From the NCBI GenBank assembly GCA_934699095.1, contig CAKUVI010000001.1, positions 320,890 to 384,889 of the forward strand: DNA of 64,000 bases, given 5' to 3'. The stretch's first letter is position 1. Each line of letters opens with the position of its first letter. The stretch comes from an uncultured Bacteroidales bacterium. Its GTDB lineage: Bacteria > Bacteroidota > Bacteroidia > Bacteroidales > WCHB1-69. Below the pieces are notes generated by a model that saw only the letters and a program-made list of their open reading frames with translations, did no database searches and was not told where the DNA came from. Positions 38,754 through 45,907 of the stretch are shown here, one piece after another. The position numbers were made by a program, and so were the translations under genes.

Positions 38754-39524
38754 TTAGTACCTGACACTCTGCTTGTTTTTATCAATAACGTAGAATGCAA
38801 TTGTTTTATTAGTCATACTATTCTTAAATATGATGCCGTCACATTCGGCTGGTAGTTTTTTGGGAATGATAATTTCTTCATTAACATCGAGCGTTATTAA
38901 TATTGGTCTAATGATCTCAAGAAAATACCTTTTGTCTTGATCTGTTTTTTGTGAGAGATAAAAAACCTTGTCATGAGTGTTGTAATATGTTGAAAGCGGC
39001 TCTCCGTTTTCTGAGAGGGCGTAAGAAATATTCTTGTTAGGGAGCAAAACATAATTTGGATTCCTATCTTCTGTTTCTGAGAATTGACTCGACAATAGCA
39101 ATAATTTGGTTTTCGTTTTTACGCGCATACAATTTGGTTTACATTTCAGCAAGTCCATTAACACCTCTATTAGAAGGTTTGCCAATATTGGCTTACTCAT
39201 TTTTTCGTAAGAGTAGATTTTGTTGAGTTGCATTGAAATAAAATTAGCAAGTTCCGGATCCATTGTGCTATTAGAATGCGCCTTCCTCATTCCATTTATT
39301 GCTATTTCTGTGGGTGTTGGTCCGTTCCATTCATCTGTACGATGAGTCAAGTGCCATCCCCCACAAGCTTCACAAAAATACGCTCTTTGAGGTATAACAC
39401 CGGTTTCCTTTTTGATATCGTCGTTATTGAACTTCATAAACGTTAATGCTCTTTTCTCTGTGTCGAAAAGCATCTTTGTACGTCCGCAATCTCGGCAATA
39501 ATATCGATTTTTTGTCGGTTTCAT
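38754..39524 (-). CDS. zinc-ribbon protein, unknown function (cassette gene D)
   Basis: 256 aa with an N-terminal CxxC...CxxC (YYCRDCGR ... YFCEACGGWHLT). The rest is unrecognised. The ATG directly abuts the upstream TAA. AT-rich. Confidence 0.6.
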   Translation of the reverse strand: MKPTKNRYYCRDCGRTKMLFDTEKRALTFMKFNNDDIKKETGVIPQRAYFCEACGGWHLTHRTDEWNGPTPTEIAINGMRKAHSNSTMDPELANFISMQLNKIYSYEKMSKPILANLLIEVLMDLLKCKPNCMRVKTKTKLLLLSSQFSETEDRNPNYVLLPNKNISYALSENGEPLSTYYNTHDKVFYLSQKTDQDKRYFLEIIRPILITLDVNEEIIIPKKLPAECDGIIFKNSMTNKTIAFYVIDKNKQSVRY

Positions 39525-41264
39525 TTAATTATGGGATAAATAATTATTGAACAAAAATTCGTCCATCATTTTTGTTACATTTTCATTCTCGTATAAGACA
39601 CTCGTGAATGTCTTGGGTAAATCTGCAAAACCCTTGCAAGCACCCCAAAGCATAAACGCATAACATTTTTGAACGTATTTCTTATTGAGCATATAACGCT
39701 CTATTTGGTCGAAGCCCAATGGCTTGACGAAAAAAGACATGATTGACTGAAAGACTGGCATATTTTCAGGAATTGAAAACGTATCAGATTTATGCCTTTT
39801 GTACTGATAAAAACCTCTCAGCGTCTGCAAAATGCAATTACGTTTGACAGGGTCGATGTTGGGCATTGTTTTATATTTCTTTGCAGATGTTTCAATTGTA
39901 TGCAAAACAAACACATCAGAAACTACTTTTTCGTGTTCGCTCGACAATATACAACTCAGCAGGACATTGAAATATATGATTTCTTCATTGGTTGACTCTA
40001 CAATTTGGAGTCCGTTGTTTTTACAAACAATAAAACTCATATCTATATTCCCGCTGTCTGTTTCTGAGGAGACATCACGAATCAAATCATTAATAATGTC
40101 GCTGACACGGAAGAACAAAGCGGACAAAGTGGAATCATATTTGTATCTTCCTGTTGATGTATTCTTGATTTGTTCGTCGATGTCATCAAGTTCTGATTTC
40201 AAGATTTTGCAGTCGTTATTGAATTCCTCAAACTCCTTGATTTGGGCTTTGAGTTCCATCTTACGGTTGTATTCAGGAGTCCCCTTCCTGAAATACTCTC
40301 GCTGTTTTCCTTTCTTTATTCCATTGGCTTTTTCTTGTGCTTTTATAAAATCCAACTCGTCAAAATATTCCTTGATACGATTGTCTATCAATATTTTGTC
40401 AAGTTTCTTGACAATGGCAATCTTCTTGCTTTCAAGTTCTTTTCTGACTCTACCGTTTTCGCCAAAATTTTCTTTTTTTATTTCGTTGGCTTTCATCATT
40501 GCCAATTTGCTTATCTCAATGTACTGATGTTTCAATACATCAAAACTATTTGATGCCTCACTCGTTTTTAACAAATACAAATCCCTGCATTTTTCAATCA
40601 AAGGTAAAATTGTCAGGTTTTCAACATATTCATCATTTGTCATTATTTGAGTGTTTAAGGAAGCAAATGTGTTCTTCATATTCTTTAATTCGAAGAGAAG
40701 TTGTTGCCCCTTTTTATCGGATGTTGTCAGCTGTCCGCGTACATAACCTACTATTGCGCCCTTCAATTTGTTGAAACGGTTGTCGTTTTCAACATAGTTT
40801 GATTCTTCAAACGAAATAGTTTCGGAATCACGCTTTAGTTTCAACGAGTTTTTTTTTATGTTTTCTACAACAAAATCCTGCTCATATTTATCGACACATT
40901 TTACTTCGTAAAGGATTTTGGATTCCGATATGAGAGCGTTTTTCAATTCATTGGTGGCAAACCTGAATTGTACTAAACCGTTTTTGTAATATATTGTTTT
41001 ATCATACAAATAAGAGCCTGACTTTTTTGGGCCTGCTGTAAGACATTTCAAATCAAGTAATTGTTCGTCGATACAGATTGAATAGTCTCCACCCAAATCT
41101 TTATCCGTCAAAAGCAAATAGTTGGTTTTGTCATTTTTGTCGTTGATATAACGGCTCAAATTGTTGCCGAAATCCCTTTCCCCATAAAACGAATTTGGAG
41201 AAATGCTTTCAGTAACAAATGATTCCAAAAGATTCCAAGCACTGACGTTGATGTAGTATTTCAT
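39525..41264 (-). CDS. 579 aa protein of unknown function with a central coiled-coil-like region (cassette gene C)
   Basis: Long uninterrupted ORF in an AT-rich cassette. The central K/E-rich heptad-like stretch runs roughly from KANEIKKENFG to IDEQIKN. No catalytic motif recognised. Confidence 0.6.
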   Translation of the reverse strand: MKYYINVSAWNLLESFVTESISPNSFYGERDFGNNLSRYINDKNDKTNYLLLTDKDLGGDYSICIDEQLLDLKCLTAGPKKSGSYLYDKTIYYKNGLVQFRFATNELKNALISESKILYEVKCVDKYEQDFVVENIKKNSLKLKRDSETISFEESNYVENDNRFNKLKGAIVGYVRGQLTTSDKKGQQLLFELKNMKNTFASLNTQIMTNDEYVENLTILPLIEKCRDLYLLKTSEASNSFDVLKHQYIEISKLAMMKANEIKKENFGENGRVRKELESKKIAIVKKLDKILIDNRIKEYFDELDFIKAQEKANGIKKGKQREYFRKGTPEYNRKMELKAQIKEFEEFNNDCKILKSELDDIDEQIKNTSTGRYKYDSTLSALFFRVSDIINDLIRDVSSETDSGNIDMSFIVCKNNGLQIVESTNEEIIYFNVLLSCILSSEHEKVVSDVFVLHTIETSAKKYKTMPNIDPVKRNCILQTLRGFYQYKRHKSDTFSIPENMPVFQSIMSFFVKPLGFDQIERYMLNKKYVQKCYAFMLWGACKGFADLPKTFTSVLYENENVTKMMDEFLFNNYLSHN

Positions 41265-41276
41265 AACATGATGGTT

Positions 41277-42635
41277 TTATATTTTTTCGACATCTTTGTC
41301 ATCAACATTTTTCAGATATGATGTAAGGATACCCGAATACGTTATGTAAAGGCTGCGGGAAGCCCTCGTGCAGGCTACATAAAAAGCATTGACAGAGTCA
41401 ACTTTGCCATTTTCGGCAAAAGGAACGAATACGTTGTCGAACTCGGAACCCTTTGCCGCGTAATAATTGAGAATGCAAGGCAGGTCGTTATTGGAAAAAT
41501 CAAGCGTGTTGATAGTTCTGAAAGGGACTGTCTTACTCGTCCGATAGTGAACTTGCGTTTGGGTAATGCCATTTTGAAGGAAGAAATCCAAAACATACTT
41601 TATGTCTGCCTCATTCGGAACCAAAATGGCTACGTCATCCATATCTTCCGCTTTTATGATGTTTATTATCCATCTCAACTCGTCTTCTTTTGAGCGACAT
41701 TTTTTTATTATAGGTTTAGGATAGTTGGGGTAATCGCTGTCGCCGCCATCCTTGCGATTGTTGGTCATTAAATCATTTTTTTCGTTAGATACAATTCTTT
41801 GAGCAACCTTTGCGATGGATTTAGGCAAACGGTAATTGTAATATAATTCGAATGGCTTGAACCCCTCAAGTTGTTTTTCAATATCTTCCATTTTGCTGCC
41901 GGAAGAGATTAATTTTTGATTGCTATCACCAAGCAAGGTGAGGCTTTTGCCAGCTTGTTGAATAAGCCTATTTTTGTAAGCTAATACATTGAAATCTTGC
42001 GCTTCATCCACGATAATATAGTCGATTACTCCTTCGCAGGGCTTGTATAATATACCAGAGGGGACTAATCCGTAGTGAGGGTTTGATGTGCTAAATTCTT
42101 CGTCCATTGTTACTTCCTCGAACCACGAACACCGCCTGCCCCAAGCATAATAAAAAGCGTCTTCCACCCAATCTGCGAAATCAATGCCGTAGTAGCCTGC
42201 CCCATTATTTGAATGAACAACTGGTGAAACTTTGCGAAATTTACGAATAACATTGCTGTTCACTAAGTAAATAATGCTACTGTCGTCAACAACAATTCGT
42301 TCTCTATCATTTTCAAATTTAGTATGTTGCCTACAATACACATCACCGTTTAGGTCGAACCCCCTGTTACGCCAAGCCCAATCGTATGCAATGCGCTCGC
42401 TGTCAAGCCCAAGTTCTTTCATCCCGTATGCTACCATTCTTCTAAGGGCAACTGTTAGAATCAAAATCGCATACGAACCACCTGCATTTTTAGCCTTTGC
42501 AGCACGGTGAATAGCAAGGTTTGTCTTACCACTTCCCGCAACACCCTTGACTATGATGTTTTTGTCGATGCTCTCGACAATTACTTTGCGTTGGTAATCA
42601 TCAAGATTACTTATAAACCATTTTTCTAACCGCAT
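41277..42635 (-). CDS. compact UvrD/Rep-like SF1 helicase (cassette gene B)
   Basis: Q-motif-like DDYQRKVI, Walker A GVAGSGKT, motif II IIVDEAQD, motif III LLGDSNQKL, motif IV YNYRLPKSI, motif V AAKGSEFDNVFV and motif VI FYVACTRASRSLYI. Confidence 0.8.
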   Translation of the reverse strand: MRLEKWFISNLDDYQRKVIVESIDKNIIVKGVAGSGKTNLAIHRAAKAKNAGGSYAILILTVALRRMVAYGMKELGLDSERIAYDWAWRNRGFDLNGDVYCRQHTKFENDRERIVVDDSSIIYLVNSNVIRKFRKVSPVVHSNNGAGYYGIDFADWVEDAFYYAWGRRCSWFEEVTMDEEFSTSNPHYGLVPSGILYKPCEGVIDYIIVDEAQDFNVLAYKNRLIQQAGKSLTLLGDSNQKLISSGSKMEDIEKQLEGFKPFELYYNYRLPKSIAKVAQRIVSNEKNDLMTNNRKDGGDSDYPNYPKPIIKKCRSKEDELRWIINIIKAEDMDDVAILVPNEADIKYVLDFFLQNGITQTQVHYRTSKTVPFRTINTLDFSNNDLPCILNYYAAKGSEFDNVFVPFAENGKVDSVNAFYVACTRASRSLYITYSGILTSYLKNVDDKDVEKI

Positions 42636-43482
42636 TTATCACCTCCTTTTTTATTATTCTCCAAGCCACTTTGCTTACATCATTGTGCTTATGAGAATGG
42701 GTTATTGTATATATTTGGTTATATCCTTCATTTTTTGAGACCACTTTGCAATATGCTGCTTTCAATCCATTATCCATCATCATGGGTAGCCACTCTTGCG
42801 AAGTGTTGTTGTAAGTGGTTACGTCTTCGAGCAGCATTAAGCCATTGTCGGTAAGTTTGGGCATCAAAAATTTGGCAATATGTTCGTAAGCATTCTGCTT
42901 TTCAAATTGGTCTTTCGTCACAAACTCGCAAATGGCCTTGAAAGAGATTATTAGGTCAAACTGTTTGTCCAAAACCTTATTCAGTATGTGCAAATCGTAA
43001 AAATCGTCAATCATGATGGGAGCGGCATTGTTTTCCACTTCAAAACTGATATGAGATTGCGCCTTCTTCAATATTTTCTCATAAATCCTAAGTGCATGTT
43101 GATTCCCGTCTAAAGCCACTATCCGCACCTTTTTAACATGCGGCAAACACTCATCAATGACAGCAAGCAAGCCAATGATTTCACCTCCTGTACCACAACC
43201 GAAGTCGAACACGGAAAGAGCTGTTTGAGTGGCAAATTCGTCTGCATGGTGTTGGAAATATTCACTGAAAATGCAATATGCCTCAGCATAACTGCGAGGG
43301 AAATACGTACCAAGATAATTCAAGGTCTTGGCCTTGTCATCATCAATGTTCGTCATGTCGGAATAAGAAGGACTATATTCCGCCTTTTGTTCTCCAAAAA
43401 TGCAATCGTCAAGCCACTTTGGCAATTCCATTGTTCCCGAATAATCTCCACGGCGACCCCCGACTCCGTACAAATAAATCAT
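42607..43482 (-). CDS. class I SAM-dependent methyltransferase, substrate unknown (cassette gene A)
   Basis: Motif I VFDFGCGTGGE, motif II-like RIVALDGN, and DLIISF. No (D/N/S)PP(Y/F/W) or PCQ DNA-MTase motif seen. Overlaps gene B by 29 nt. An alternative start is MELPKW at 43431. Confidence 0.7.
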   Translation of the reverse strand: MIYLYGVGGRRGDYSGTMELPKWLDDCIFGEQKAEYSPSYSDMTNIDDDKAKTLNYLGTYFPRSYAEAYCIFSEYFQHHADEFATQTALSVFDFGCGTGGEIIGLLAVIDECLPHVKKVRIVALDGNQHALRIYEKILKKAQSHISFEVENNAAPIMIDDFYDLHILNKVLDKQFDLIISFKAICEFVTKDQFEKQNAYEHIAKFLMPKLTDNGLMLLEDVTTYNNTSQEWLPMMMDNGLKAAYCKVVSKNEGYNQIYTITHSHKHNDVSKVAWRIIKKEVINAVRKMVYK

Positions 43483-43500
43483 TCAATTTACCAAACACAA

Positions 43501-43540
43501 TAAAAAAAGCGCGGGAATCTGAACCATCGCTCATCCCGCG
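43501..43540 (-). terminator. intrinsic terminator-like hairpin 18 nt upstream of cassette gene A
   Basis: On the minus strand: CGCGGGA, a 17 nt loop, TCCCGCG, then C and TTTTTTTA. Confidence 0.55.
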
Positions 43541-43634
43541 TATCTGGCCTTCGCAATGCCTTCCTGCCGAGGATAAGCAATGCTGAAGCCCACGCCGTTG
43601 TATATGTAGAACGGATTTTGAATATTCCGCCTGT

Positions 43635-43656
43635 GAGACGCGCCATGGCGCGTCTC
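43635..43656. repeat. perfect 22 bp palindrome GAGACGCGCCATGGCGCGTCTC
   Basis: Self-complementary over all 22 nt, read directly. Lies inside the cassette leader. Confidence 0.9.
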
Positions 43657-43816
43657 TACGGATAATATACACAACCATGGACATTGACCATTGCCTTACC
43701 ACGCAGCAGGATATTGAATTTGCGAAGTTCGATACGCCGCAGATAAGACGTTGACTCAACGCCTTTTTTATATGTCTGCCTCCCTGCAAAAATTATCAGA
43801 ATGCAGAAAAGACCTG

Positions 43817-43824
43817 CAAAAATA
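43817..43824 (-). promoter_or_regulatory. -7 promoter box (TATTTTTG on the minus strand) at the head of the cassette leader
   Basis: Exact TAnnTTTG match. It is part of an 11 bp direct repeat CCTGCAAAAAT (43783-43793 and 43813-43823). Confidence 0.45.
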
Positions 43825-43901
43825 CAAAAAATATTATAAAATGCAAGATTTTTATTCCATCACTTTAATTACTTCCACTGCCCTGCTATTTAAAAAAAAT
43901 G

Positions 43902-43909
43902 TACCTTTG
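43902..43909 (+). promoter_or_regulatory. -7 promoter box (TACCTTTG)
   Basis: TAnnTTTG match 38 nt upstream of the ATG at 43947. Confidence 0.5.
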
Positions 43910-43946
43910 CCACACTTTTTTTAACACAAACTAACACAAAATAAAT

Positions 43947-45143
43947 ATGGAAAAATTTGATCCCGCAACCAACATCCAAGCGTTGGACAAAAAAGACGCC
44001 TACCGCGGCGTGAACCCTGCCATCTGCGACAGCGCAACCTTCATGTTCGAACAAGCTAAAACCATGACCGACACGTTCCATGGTGAGACTGAAGGCTATT
44101 ATCTATATTCAAGACATTGGAACCCAAGTACTTACGCTCTCTGTGAGTCTTTGGCTGCAATGGAAGGCACCGAGGCTGCCTGGGCTACCGGCTCTGGTAT
44201 GGCCGCAATCACCGTCGCTCTCCTCCACGAAGTGAAAGCCGGAGACCATATCCTCTCAAGCATGACAACCTACGGCGGTACCTTCGCTTTCCTCAACAAC
44301 TACATCAAAAAGTTCGGCGTTGAGGTTGACTTTGTGAACATGCAAGACCTTGAGGCTGTTAAAAAGGCTATCAAACCTAACACCAAGGTTCTCTATACCG
44401 AGACAATGAACAACCCGCTCCTGCGCATCGCCAACCTTCCTGAACTGTCGAAGATTGCCCACGCACACGGTGCCAAACTCTTGGTTGACAACACCTTCAC
44501 ACCTATGATTTTCTCTCCTTACCGCCTCGGCGCTGATGTGGTTATCTATAGTATGACCAAATACGTGAACGGCATGAACGACTGCGTTGCAGGTGCTATC
44601 TGCGGTACTGCCGAGTATATCAACTCACTCATCGACGTGAACAACGGAACAGCTATGCTTCTCGGTCCGGTGCTCGACCCAATGCGCTCTTCAAGCATCC
44701 AGAAAAACCTCCATACACTCCATATCCGCATGAAACAACACAGCGCTAATGCAATGTATCTTGCAAAACGTTTCGAAGAGACCGGCTTTAAGTACAACTA
44801 CCCTGGGCTCCCAGAACATCCAGACTATGAGCTCTTTAAGTCGATGATGAACGAGGAATACGGTTTCGGCGGCATGATTTCAATCGACATGGGCACTGCT
44901 GCAAAGGCAAGCGCAATCATGGAGAAAATGCAAGAACTCGGCGTTGGTTACCTCGCTGTAAGCCTTGGCTATTTCAAGACTCTGTTCAGCAACTCCGGAA
45001 AATCAACCTCTTCAGAAGTTCCTGAGGATATCCAGAGAGAGATGGGCATGAGCGAAGGCCTGATCCGCTTCTCTGTTGGTCTCGATAACGATCCTGAACG
45101 CACATTCCAGCTTATCAAACAGGCTATCGAAGCAACAAAATAA
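43947..45143 (+). CDS. Cys/Met-metabolism PLP-dependent enzyme (methionine gamma-lyase/cystathionine gamma-synthase family)
   Basis: YSRHWNPST, GSGMAAI and the PLP-lysine context SMTKYVNG. Confidence 0.8.
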   Translation: MEKFDPATNIQALDKKDAYRGVNPAICDSATFMFEQAKTMTDTFHGETEGYYLYSRHWNPSTYALCESLAAMEGTEAAWATGSGMAAITVALLHEVKAGDHILSSMTTYGGTFAFLNNYIKKFGVEVDFVNMQDLEAVKKAIKPNTKVLYTETMNNPLLRIANLPELSKIAHAHGAKLLVDNTFTPMIFSPYRLGADVVIYSMTKYVNGMNDCVAGAICGTAEYINSLIDVNNGTAMLLGPVLDPMRSSSIQKNLHTLHIRMKQHSANAMYLAKRFEETGFKYNYPGLPEHPDYELFKSMMNEEYGFGGMISIDMGTAAKASAIMEKMQELGVGYLAVSLGYFKTLFSNSGKSTSSEVPEDIQREMGMSEGLIRFSVGLDNDPERTFQLIKQAIEATK

Positions 45144-45176
45144 TTGAAAATTGACAATTGAAAATTGATAATTGGG
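45142..45176. repeat. 14 bp tandem repeat (AATTGAAAATTGAC/T), about 2.5 copies
   Basis: Read directly: aattgaaaattgac aattgaaaattgat aattggg. Confidence 0.85.
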
Positions 45177-45200
45177 CTGCGGTTGCGCAGCCCTTTTTTT
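45174..45200 (+). terminator. intrinsic terminator after the PLP enzyme gene
   Basis: GGGCTGCG, loop gttg, CGCAGCCC, then TTTTTTT. Confidence 0.8.
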
Positions 45201-45237
45201 GTGACAATTATGTTTTCGATCCGTCTTTTCGGCATGG

Positions 45238-45650
45238 AAACAACCGCGTCCACGCGGTTGTATGAACTGTTGCCCAATGTGAATCCCCTGAAGGGGATTG
45301 AATTTTGGCTGGGGATTTTTTCGTCCTACCTGGCTTTATCCCCTAACGGGGATTAATTGATTGAAAATATTGGCTGCTCTCTCCTTCGGAGAGTTTGTCA
45401 GTTATTTCGCACGTAGGCTGGGCTGGCCGACGGACTCTTTCCTCTGCCGCTGTTGTTAGGTTCCGACAGAGCGGGTGGGCTTTAATGTCGGCTTGATTTT
45501 TTTTGTTACTTTTTACATGAACTGCTCTCGCTCGGAAAAGCAAGCAAGCTTTCTTTTCTCTCGCTTAACCGCAGTTTTGATCAAGCAAAAAGTAACATTT
45601 AAAAATGCTTGATGAACTACGCTTATCACAACCGCGGGACGCGGTTGTCT
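45238..45650. repeat. hairpin-dense repeat block bounded by two ACAACCGCG-N3/4-CGCGGTTGT hairpins
   Basis: Hairpins at 45240-45261, 45282-45299, 45338-45353, 45379-45393 and 45628-45648. ATGAACT occurs three times (45262, 45517, 45612). Confidence 0.6.
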
Positions 45651-45907
45651 CCACAAATAATGGCTACATTTAAACCTACGTTTTTATAGTCAGCAATGAA
45701 ACTTAATTGAAGTTTCGCATGTTTGTTTTCAACTACATGTATCTCAGAAAAAAGCCATTTCTTGCAAAGGTGTTGTCATTCCCGATGCCGGACAATTCCC
45801 CTTCTTCAAAAGAAGGGGAATTCGCCCGCGCTGCAGAGGCCTGCTGTGGTCGGAAACATTCTACACATGCTTGTTTTTCCTCTTTTTTAATATGCGAAAC
45901 TTGAAAA

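Noticed and set aside
43409-43789. A 126 aa minus-strand ORF (MQGGRHIKK...) covering the cassette leader.
   Set aside because: It runs through a perfect palindrome and an intrinsic terminator and then into gene A in another frame. Its composition is Arg/Ser/Cys-rich, as expected from translating GC-rich structured non-coding DNA. It is treated as leader or ncRNA instead.
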